Notes under the pieces: model-generated | What the model was told of the DNA's origin: nothing | Databases searched by the model: none | Seen by the model: only the letters and a program-made list of their open reading frames with translations | Assembly (NCBI RefSeq): GCF_021869535.1 | Contig: NW_026262581.1 | Location: 115,382,001-115,446,000 of the forward strand | Length of the DNA: 64,000 nt | Reading direction: 5' to 3' | Source: Mytilus californianus | Taxonomy: Eukaryota | Program-made: the position numbers and the translations under genes | In this document: positions 36,401 through 48,400 of the stretch, in pieces | Layout of the letters: each line of letters begins with the position of its first letter | Numbering within the stretch: position 1 is the first letter of the stretch

Positions 36401-39400
36401 TTAGTAATGACTACTTGCCTTAATCGCACATGAAATAATCAGATCTATTTTTTAACAGCTTCGCTGCGGTACATACTATTGCAGTTCGCATATATAAGAT
36501 AAGATTTAGAAGACAACAGCATGAGAATGGAGGCGGGAGTGCTTCAATGAGATAACAACTAATATTGTTAGGAAAGATATCTTTCCACCATAAAATAGAG
36601 TTATAATAGTCACTGCACGTGCCCCAACAATGACTGAATACCATTCATTAGCAGGAGCTCTAAATTATTTGGAAATTTTGGACAAAGAAATAAAAAAAAG
36701 GCGTGGTTTTCATTTCATTATACGTTTAAACAAATGATTGTCCCAATCGTGTACATAAGAAATGGTGTTTGTATGAAATCGAGAGAAAAAAATGCTGATA
36801 TTTGACTTTTTAACAAATTATAAAAAATATGAAAATGGGACAACCAAAATCTTAAGTGGAAGAAGGTTTTACAAAGCAAAGACTGAAAAGATAGTCTTCA
36901 TCAATCAGTTACACATTGAAATATTCATTAGGCTCATGAATATATATTTAATTATATGACATACTTACTTATAGAGATTTTTATTTCAGTTAGCAAAATA
37001 GCAAGTTGTGAAATCTGGAATTTTTCTGACAAAAAGGTATGCTTTTTAACTGGCATGTATGATTTATGTGTGAACTTTAATTTCTTTTCGTCTTAAATTT
37101 AATGGAAACATTTTTTCATTATGTGTTAATCATTTAGTAAAAAAAATATATACATTACCAAACCGTACATAACTCCTTCAGACATTGGTTACCTAAGCCC
37201 ATTTTTGTTGTCAATCTTTTAACGTCTTTTTTTTTTTTTTTGCTCCTTGTGCTTAGCATTCAATCGGCTTTTTTCGTTGTTGTTGGTCTCGACAGTATTT
37301 GAAAAATAACCAGCAAAACAAAAGCTTTCAATGCCGCAAGCAAAATATTTTTGATCATTGCTCAACTGTTTGTGTTTTCTTGAAGATGCATGATGTAATG
37401 AATTTTCTGCTGTATCAAGCAAACTATAGTAAATTTATTAACGAATCAGGATTGTTTTACTTCCTCAATAAGAGCCTCATCGTTATATGCGCATAAAGTA
37501 AAGAGACGACACTGAAAACTGAAACTTTTGTTGTAATATATTTTCTTAAAGAATTAAAAGGTAGGTGATGCGGAAATATAGGCACATCCAACTTAGAATC
37601 CGGCATATATTGCCTCGCCACGTACGAGTTCGGCACAAGAATGGGTAGATATGTGTGCCGTCATTTCGGAAACACGCACTGTAGAATGCCCATTTGGAAT
37701 AAAAATCTGACTGGAAAGTTTCAATTACAGCAACTTTACTTTTTTGCATGGTCTTGAATAGCGAACTCATTTTGAAATGCAAACAACTTACGATGATATG
37801 AAAGGAAAACTCACAATAAGAATACTGACTGTACCACATTTCTTAATTTCTTTTTGTTTTACCGTCTTTCATGCATTGCAGGACACGCTTACCCTCTCGA
37901 CGGTCTCGTTCCTTTTGGGGGTCATGTAATTCCCTGAGGTTTTGTTTGTTACCTTGATTTTTCTTCAAAATTGATTTATGATATTTGAATATGGGTAAAC
38001 ACAGTAGTTGTTGAATAAATAGGTTGTAGCTAGGTTATCGTAACTCTAATAGATCGCTTTAACTATCAATGAATCTAAAGCTGAAATTTTTATTAAAAAG
38101 CATTTTCCTTGTGACAATTTTCTGAAATATTAACAGTGGCGCTATCCCTCACCCACAAATATTGTTGCTTAAATATTTTATATATACCATATACTTTTCA
38201 ACCAAAATTTCGATGGGTCAGAAGTGTCGCCATATATGAGAAAATAAAATAAGGTAGAAAATGATGAAGAATTTCTAGAAAAATAGACTTAAATGAAATC
38301 ACTTTCTATTTCAATCTGATACTTGTACAATTTATGAAGCCGATATACAATTTTTCTTATTATACTTTGAAAAATGATACATTTTGTAATACATACACAG
38401 TAGATTTACTCAAACAATTGAAGTTTGAAAAATGCACCCTTACAGGGCCGTTTATTGGGGTTACTGGCTTTACTCTTTTATCAGCAGTGATTACGTAGGT
38501 TTGACAGGTTCGAATTCTGGCAAAACGTATTTCTAAAGAGTACTTTCTATTTTCATTTTATTTTTGTATTTTGTAACTAGATGCAATACCAGCTAACATA
38601 AATGAATAGAGCCAAACAGCTGTGATGGAAATTAATTAATTGATAAAACACTTTCTTTATAAACATGACGTATTATCACATTTAAAATCTTTGAAAAAGG
38701 AATATATTATGTTTTTTTCAATGATAAATGTTTTACAGCTAAGCCAAGGAATATCTCAACTATTTATAAACAAGTGTGCCATTGTTATCATCATCGTTGA
38801 TAATGCAGACTTTAAAGCAACGGAAAAGATTGCCAGACTATGGAGAAATTTTGCTTTCAAGGTATATTTTGACATGTGATGATCCGAGAACGATAACAAA
38901 ATGTTTAGGATTGATAATATACACTGTTATCACTATCATATTAGTTATTTTTTTAAGTTGAAATACATGCAAGAATGTTAGCAGCAAGGCAATAACTACA
39001 TTCGTATTCAAAAGTATATCATATGGACGAAAGGGGCGAAGAGTATACGACAGTGAGACTGTAACTCAACAAAACAATAAAACCTCAAAACAAATATACA
39101 TATCCACAATGTCAAACAGCTCTATGTACGAAATAATTAGTTGTCTTATGGGGAGCCATAAGACAACTATCTACCAAAGTGTAAATGAAGAGGGTATACG
39201 CAGTTATAGGCCACCATGCGGTCTTCGACAATGTGAAAAAAAAACCCATACCGTATTGTCGACTATAAAATGTCACGACATGAAAAATGTGATACAATAC
39301 TAATGAGAAAACCAATTGTATAATTTATAACAAAACAATTTACGAAAAACAAATATGACAGAAAATGAACCAACGACAACCACTATACCATATTTCAAAT

Positions 39401-42400
39401 TCTTAATCACCCTGAGGCTAGACAAATTGTAAACTAAGCAAACGTTTCAAAGTCAATAGTCCACGACTGAGGGGGCGTGGTCAAATTATCTCAAATTGAA
39501 ATGAGATGATCCAATGCTAATACAACTGCAAACCAAATATCATTGACCTACCACTAGTGGTTCCTCATAAACTGACCTAATCACAAACTAATACATTGGT
39601 GATGACGACGCCGTCGGAAACAGCATGCCTATGTCTCGTTTTTGACTCCGTCAAGGCGAGACAAAAAAAGTATTGCACCAAAAAATGCTTGCAGATGCCG
39701 AAAGCTTATACGCTGATATAGAAATTCGTCTAGTCTAATGCAGACGGCTGCACTTTCTAGTGAATTTCACACAGCAACGCAAGTGCCAATAGACACATGC
39801 AACGCCTGAGATGACCTTGTTTGATGAATTTTACTACAGATAAAAAAGGAAAAATAAAAAAGGAAACATTTTAGTCGCGTGACTGTGTGAAATGATTTTA
39901 GTACCAAAAAATACAGAAGATAAGTATAATGGTTACCTTTAAAACACAAGAAAAAAAACCAAAAGATTATGTTAAATGACGCGTTTTAACCTTTTTTACT
40001 TCCTTAGTTAAATAACCATAAAATGTTCAAACGTTGCTTGCATGCATGTATTATCTATAGTCATTGAAGTTCAATCGTAGTTTTTAAATTATTCTTTTGA
40101 CCGAGTGTGGATTCGTATGGCGGGTGATGCATGTATAGCAGGATACGCTTACCCTGTCGACACACCCGTTCTTGCTCCTTTAGGAGTTCATGTGATTCCC
40201 TCAGTTTTTGGTTTGTTACCTTAATTTGTATTCTAAGTCGATTTATGAGATAAATATCGTTGTTTTAAGTTAATATAAGATAAGAAAATGTGGTATAATT
40301 ACCAAGTTAATATTCTAGGAAATACCTTCATAAATCATAATAAATTTTTGACAGCAAAATAGATGGAAAAATAGTTAGAAAAGTTTTCTTGTTTATCCAG
40401 GGTATTCAACATGTTATTATAGCAAATATATCATCAATTGTAACGAGCGATGTCGTACAGCAGACAGTGCAGATCTTTGAAGCTCTTGATGAAAGTCTTA
40501 ACACATTCAAGCAAAGTCAATCCCAGTAAGTAAAGTTGTAGTTAATTTAATTTTTTATAAACTTCACATTTAAATTTTTCCTTATAGACCAAAACGTTTG
40601 TCAAATCAAACGGTGAAAATGTTATCATACTTTAAAAATTTGTTTAGATTAAACAGAAAACGGGACAAACATTAATGAAAAAGTAAAAATACAATGAAAA
40701 GCTTCAATTTTGTAAACCATCGATGCAAGTAAATTCTCTTACCCAAAACGTTGACTGGGTGCGGAATTTAAAATGTTTCCCAAGTACAGAGAATAAACAA
40801 GACTATATATGATAGAAACATCACTGACACATTCAGAAATAAAACTTTCGTTCAACACAACGCAGAAAACTAAGTCAAAAACAACACGAACCTCCGCTGA
40901 AAGAAAAGTTACGTGAAAGCTTTCAAAATGTACTAGTTGCATGTGAGACAAATACCATTAATGCAATATCAAGTATATAAGTGGGAGAGAAAAATTTCTT
41001 CACCACTCAAGTGAAAGATCAAGGACGCACGCAATGCATAACATTGATTTGTGTTTTATACTTGATTTTAGAGTTAAAGAAACTCCAAGAAATTACCACA
41101 AATTACATACTGCTGAAGAAAAGGTAGGTAAATTAAACATGCTTTACTCTCCAAAATCGAAAAAGGTCGATGTTATACGAAATATAAGGGAATGTATTGT
41201 ATTATATAAATCAATTCCACGTTATTATGATTGATTCAGTGAATTTTCATTTTCAATATGTCGTTGTCTCTTGACAACGCATTATAAACAGCAGATGAAA
41301 ATTAACATTGACAGATTAAGGTAAAAATAATGAAAAACGGGAAACGAAAATTATCGTATTGTACCGGAAATGAGCACATTTTGCATTTGATCGCTATATT
41401 AGTAGTGCATTCGTGTTTTTTTTTAAAAGTTCTGTCAAATGAATACGAGTTTTCTTTAAGCAATTAACAAATTTCCCAGCAATTCGCGCTTTTTCTTGAA
41501 TATACATGTAAAAAAATTTGTGTAAAATAAATACTCTCTAAGACGTACATCAAAACATTTGGTTTGATTTTCAACCTTCTAACAATGAGCCAAATTTGTA
41601 TGTTTATTTTAATAATGAAAAAAGACATACACACAGTATTTTGGTTCCTGTGCAGTCTCTTGGTTCCGAAAAGTGAAATACAATGGAACAATGAAACTTT
41701 TAATATATTCATGAAAACAAACTAATTTACATCCTCGTCACTTGGTCTCTGTTGGCTAGTAGTCTCATTGGCAAATCAAACCAATCTTCTTATATTTTTT
41801 ATATTTGTTGAACCTTCATATAAACATAGAAATCATGTGTATTGCTTACAGGACGCACTTCCCGCTCAAGATATATATAAATTTGTAAGATTACTAAAAT
41901 AAAAAATGACCAGAGTAAGTATTACATTTTGATACTTGAAATTGACATAAAAACACTAATAGATAATTACTACCAAAGAAACTGATTTCAATCTTTTACA
42001 GGGGTTTCTGACAATATTAACAACTCTTTTAAAAGAAGAAAAAGACAAAGTGATTACAGAAATAGACGATCTTACAAGAATAAAAAATACTGTACTCAAA
42101 CAAAGAAAGGATGTCGTGTTCAGTTCTATACATGAATATCAAAATATTGTGGCACTAGTGAACATTGGAAATACGTTGAACCATTTAACCGCAAAGGTAA
42201 TTGTTCCAAAAGTTTGGTATTTTCGTAATGTAATTGAAATATACGATGTGCAATAATATAAATAGGAATAATTCTGGTAACACCAACCTAATAGTCCGCG
42301 CTGGTGTGGCGGTCATTTTCTGTATATTCAGCGTTCATGTAAAAATCTTTCAAAATACTTATAATAAAAGTTTTTTTCAGGCGTTGATGAACACAATATT

Positions 42401-45400
42401 TGGCACACATTTTTTTATGTTTAAGGTCGTTGAGGTTTTTAATGCTCTTCAACCTTGTAATTACTTCCTCCTTCCTGCTACTGAATTAAACTTATCATCG
42501 GGGTTGTACTTACTTCAGCAACACGACGGGTGTCACATGTGGAGCAGGATATGCTTACCCATTCTGGAGCACATGAGATCACCGCCGGTGTTTGGCGGGG
42601 GTTCGTATTGCTCAGTCTTTAGTTTTTTTTTCTTGTGTTTTGTATACTGCTGTTTTTCTTTAGGTCTGTTTTGTTTTTTGCCATGGCGTTGTCAGTTTAT
42701 TTTCGACTTATGAGTTTGTATGTTCCTTTGGTATCTTTCGCTTCTCTTTTTAATCTATGTTTGATGCGAGCGCCACTGATGGGTCCTGTGTATACAAAAA
42801 CACCGTCTGGCTTACTTTATTACTGTATAAAAATGTATCTTTGGTAACTTTTTTTCATTTAGGTCAATCAAAATGCTAGATGTTTGGAATGATATACAAG
42901 CTTTACAAAACTAGAAAAATTAGACATTTCTTTTCCAATCACATTTTGGTCTGTTTAGAGTTATTAACACTGATATATCATTTTAGGGAATAATACTCAG
43001 TCATGGATGTTACCATCACGGAGGTGAATTCATCTGCGTGAATCCGCAGCTGTTTCTTAAACTTGTCTATGCTATTCATGTTGACAGCTGTAACAAGACA
43101 TTTCATATTGCACCAAACAGATTCTGGCATCAAGACAGACCAGACAGGGAATCTTTGGTCAAAGTTTTAGAAGACATTCCAATTAATGGATTACTTCGAC
43201 AATGTCTATTACCACTACTATGGCAGGTAGTTTTTTACGATATCTTTCTTAAATTGTATTAGTACTACGTGTAACTTCGGGTATATTATTTATCACAATA
43301 ACAAACTGTACGAAACGTCAATTATTATCGGCTTAATCTATCAATGTGCTTATAGTAGGCGGTAATGATTTTAAATTTTTTTATATTTTTTTTATTTAAT
43401 AAGAATTTCTGTTCTTCATAAATACAATGAGAAAACATACCTTTTCAGCGGGTAGTTTTACACTTGTTATAAAATGAAAAGAAACAACACTTTATACATT
43501 GTATGCGTCCGAAGCTTTTGTAATAATGCGAAAGGTGTTGAATTCTATTTACAGGACTTGTTGTCTAATAAAGAACAAATTCTACTGGTATCTACTGAGA
43601 TGGAAAGATTTGGCCTTCTGATGCCCTATAAAAAGATGTCCATGTTTAGTGATGTAATCAGTTTAATGGATTATCCCCAATTGTCATCAGTCGACCAAAT
43701 GTCTCTCTTATTGATGGGGAAAATGAAAGACTTAAAACCGGTAACTTTTAGTAGATCGTATTATATGTTCTAACAATCAATAGGTATGGGAAAAAGTAAT
43801 TTTCCGAGGGCACTATCCGCCCAGTAACCAAATCATATTTTGTGAAAATTGTCATTTTATAATGGCGGGTGATGCAATCATAGCAGTAGACGCTTACTCT
43901 GTCGACGTACACTGTCTCGCGCTTTTTGAAGTTCATGCGATTCCCTCAGTTTCTGTTTGTTGTTTTGATTTGTCTCTGTCTAATCGATTTACGAGATTTG
44001 AACATCGGTAAACTACTGTAACTTATATTTATCAATTACGAGTTGGTGGAGAACTAAGAATTGTGACAAAAGAGATTATTACAATTTTACTGTTGTGAAC
44101 TCTCCATTTCTGTGCAGCAACGTTCCATCAGCGCCTGCATATGGATTATATCTCTTTCACTTGATACGATATTCAAGGGCTTGCGTTTACTATGATGATT
44201 CCTTCATATAGGGTTACTGCTTGCATCAAGTTTCAAATGGTAAAGTAGAAGTCATTCCTTCGATAATTTATCAGACGCAAACATGATTTGGTTAACCATT
44301 AAAAGTAATATCCTTTTCACAGATGACCACGGATATGTTCCACTTGTTGTAACCACAATTCCGTCCTCTTTTCCTTGGTTGTGACATTACCCAATGCTAC
44401 TTATCATCGTTTTTTTCTCCCTGAAACGAGTAACATGACAGTAGCCACTAGTAGAGCAGTAACTGCTCACCCTTCCGAAGCACCTGAGTTCACCCCCGGG
44501 TTTTAGTGGGGTTCATGTTGCTCACTCTTTAGTTTTATATGTAGTGCTTTGTTGTTGCTGTTTGTCTTGTCGGCGTTTTTTGTTATCGGAGTGGTTTTTG
44601 TTTCTAATTATGATTTTTGATTGGCCCTTGGTATTTCATCTCATTTTAAATGCAAGTGTACTAAACGTATAATTGCAATCCCTTTCAGTCAAAGTTGCCA
44701 TAAGCCGGTTTTGACTGTTCTGTTTAGGTCTTTTAGTTTTTGCTCTAAAAATAATTATAAATTATGATAATTTATTTAACAATATATAACATTAATCGAT
44801 CTTTTTGCAAATAATGACCATCATGTGAGCTGTGCACACCTAAAGTCACGTAATAAATAAAACAGTTGATATATAATATTCATTTTACAGTCCTTAAACT
44901 GGTATGAAGACCTACAGACATCTGATATACAACTGAACCTGAAAGTATCATTTCCTCAGGGATTACCACCAGGATGTTTAGAAAGATATATTGGTGCTGT
45001 ATATTTTGTTTATAAATATGTAAATAATTACTATTATGGATGGAGGTCTGGCATATTACTACGTATTAATGATGTAAGTTTTACCGAAAAGTAATTCTGA
45101 TATGAGATGACATTAGATGACCATGAGCCTTTTCTTGATGAAATGGAATAATCTAATTACAATCATATACGCTGCTGAATGTGATACACCTAAAGACATT
45201 AAAACGACTAAAATACTGTCGAATTTTACCTAGTCCTTTTTGATACATGTGTAAATATACATTTTGAAGGACTTTATATTTTTCTATTTTATATTTTCTG
45301 AAAGCGATTTGTAAGACGATGGTGTTAAAATGAAACGCCAAAATGTATATATAATTCTTTTTTTTATTTTAAGATTATAATTTATAAAATTACAAAAGTA

Positions 45401-48400
45401 AGCGTTCGATATTCATCTATTTCATAATCCATTTTTATCAACAATTCGTGAAGCATTAACAATTTTTTGTCGATAAATGTACAATAGTTGTTATTTATTA
45501 GGAAATGTACTAAGATTGTGTGCGAGTTGAGGATTGAAGACATATACTCGTTTGTGGATAGGTATGAAAAACTGTCGTTTTGTGTCAGTTTGAAAGTTGA
45601 CTGTTTAAAAAATAATGAAAAATGTTAATACTTGAATGAGCATGTATGATAATTGGAGTTAATTCCTTTCAGCAATGTAGAACGAGTTTCAGACTGAAGA
45701 AATAACCCCTCATTTTTTTAGTTGGTCATTTTACGTTTTTATGAAACCTTTTCTGAATTGTTGACTAATTTAGGTATCAGTTAAGTTTCTAGATCACACA
45801 AAATACACCAGGTAAATACTTTAGCAAATTGGATTAAATTACACTCAATGATGTGGGGTGATGTTCTTCTAGTGTTGTGTTCAACTGTTTTGGTTCTTAA
45901 ACATCCTTGGCTTTCAAATATTCGGCTTTAAGCGTACCTGATGAAGGAAAAGCTCTTCGGACGCATAAAACTTAAACGTGTTGTTTTGATTTTTTCGAAC
46001 GTAAAATACCGATTTCTGTGCGCATGAAATGTGTTTCTGTTAAAATCTTCTGTGTGTACGATGGAGAAAGTTCATGAAGCCAAAAAACAACAAAAAAAAT
46101 TAAAAAAAAAATTACGTTTTAGAGCATTAAAATCATACTGCTCTAAACAGTCAAAACATGATGTAGCTACAAGTAACAATGCCTTAGGTATTTGTAACAC
46201 TTAGAAAATGTATCATTCAATCAAGCAATACTTTACATTACCCACACACTGGACCCTGGACAGAATGGTAACCTCGGAACTGAAAGTTCGGCTGCAGCAT
46301 TACCTCACGGTTGTATTCGATCGAAACGTATGATTACGATTTCGGGTCAACAGAACGGTCAGTACCAAAAGTTTGGGAATCCAAATGTATAAAACGTCTG
46401 AAAACATAAAAAACTAGAAGGCTTTAAAAGAACAGCCAAACTGTATTAGGTCTACTTTTCTAAGGATTTTGCAACATTTTGTAAGCACAATTAAAACACT
46501 TTTTACCGGGACGAACAGATTCTGATCATGATGCAATATCAATATGAACCTTTATGTATAAACTATACCGATTCTCTGAGCCAGATTTTGAAAATAGGAA
46601 ATTTACAGACAAAAACAAATCATCAAAGATACCAGGCTTATAAATTTAAACGTCACACGCGCGTTTCGTCTATAAAATACTCATTAGTGAAGCTCTAATA
46701 AAAAAAGTTTAAAGGCCAAATAAAACACGAAATGATGTTAAAGTTACCAACTGTAGGCGTTCTAGAATGAGCAGAATCAATACCGTATAGCAAGCTATGA
46801 AATGCCCCGAAATGAAAACGAGAAAACTAACGGCCTGATTTATGTACAAAACAATAAACGAAATACAAATATGATATACAGCAACAAACGACATCCCTGA
46901 ATTACAGGCTCCTAAATTGGGACAGGTACTTACAGAATGTGGCGGGATGAAACATGTTTCGGGGGGGGGGGGGCAATTCTCTAACCTTAGACAGAGTTGT
47001 CAGCCAAAATGGTCCTAGCTTGTAAACCAAATTAAATCTTATCCGTACGTCTACGTTGGGTGGCTTTCCTTTGATCTTTAATTCATATCCTTTTTATTTA
47101 CTTTCAGGTTTATATCTATATATCAACACAGAATGAGTCTTTAGAGTATTTTGTCCGAACAGATATTGATTTATATCCTAGTTTTGAAGAAGCATGTAAA
47201 AAACTTTGGATGACTGTTGGTTTAGCACTGGATTGTTTTTTAAATCACGTTTCAATTTGGCCAGAACTTAATTATCAGGTAACAAATTAGATAAACGTTA
47301 TAGCAAGTTTGATGGATTTATATACTTACCAACATTAAATGATTAATATTCCTTTCTTCATTCATAAGTTCGTTTTGGGCGGCTAGGCATTTGCGGTATT
47401 TAGCAAAATCATTACTTCAAGATGCAGCAAATATTAAATAATTTGAGATATTTATTATGCATATTAATTCTATAACACTAGACATGTTTCATTATTTACC
47501 AAGAGGGGTTTCCATAATCAATAAAGGTAAGTTTTGAAATATTCGTCTGATATGTACGTAAATCCTCAGATTATTACTTTCGTTTTCACAAAAAAAAGTC
47601 AAAGAAAATGTTACAATCTACCGTTATGTATATATATATAAATAAGAAGATGTGGTATGATTGTCAATGAGACAACTTTCCACAAGAGACCAAATGACAC
47701 AGAAATTGACAACTATAGGTCACCGTACGGCCTTCAGCAATGAGTAAAACCCATACCGCATAGTCAGCTATAAAAGGCCCCGAAATGACAAATGTAAAAT
47801 ATTTCAAACGAGAAAACTAACGGCCTGATTTAAGTACAAAATAATGAACGAAAAATAAATATGATATACAGCAACAAACGACAACCTCTAAATTACAGGC
47901 TTCTGTCTTGGGACAGGCACATACAGAATGTGGTGGGGTAAAATTAGTTTGAAGGAGCCAACCCTCCCCTAACCTGGGACAGTGGTGTAACATTACAACA
48001 TAAGAACAAACTGTAAAAATCAGTTGAAAAGGGCTTGACTAATCAGATGGACACAAAGCAGAAATACATCTAACAAAAACACAGAGTGAACGTGGCAGGG
48101 TACTTATACATCACCACAACAAAAAGACATTGAGTACAGATCTGAGAGTACTCGCAGTTACTGACAGCTAGTTCAAAGCCAATAACAACTAATAAAAAAA
48201 TCATGCATCTAAGACTAAAATATCAATCAGTACACATCCAACATCCAATGGATTTAGTGTAAATACGTCATTAACAGTCAGAGAAAAAAACATGACCTTG
48301 TAAAATGCCAAGATACAGGTATCGACAGATTGTAGAGCCATGCATGTGCATATGTATATAAAAATACTATTTAGTTTGATTTTAATTTACTGATAACAAA

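Noticed and set aside
37219-37839. Cluster of 65-97 aa ORFs on both strands in intron 3 of the Roc-COR gene
   Set aside because: No recognisable motif or compatible splice phase; possibly an old TE remnant but cannot be supported.
38480-38525. B-box-like GGTTCGAATTC suggesting a tRNA or tRNA-SINE
   Set aside because: No cloverleaf stems or convincing A-box.
42863-42914. Acceptor followed by a short open stretch (SIKMLDVWNDIQALQN*)
   Set aside because: It has a stop in the required phase 0, and exon 7 joins exon 8 cleanly.
45374-45397. Possible 24-nt phase 0 micro-exon (IIIYKITK)
   Set aside because: It is not needed for the frame and is low-complexity AT-rich sequence; there is no support without RNA data.
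45502-45561. Exon-like segment (TTAG|G...GATAG|GTATGA; KCTKIVCELRIEDIYSFVD)
   Set aside because: It is open only in phase 2 to 2, whereas the flanking exons 10 and 11 join directly in phase 0 and give a continuous COR-like sequence.
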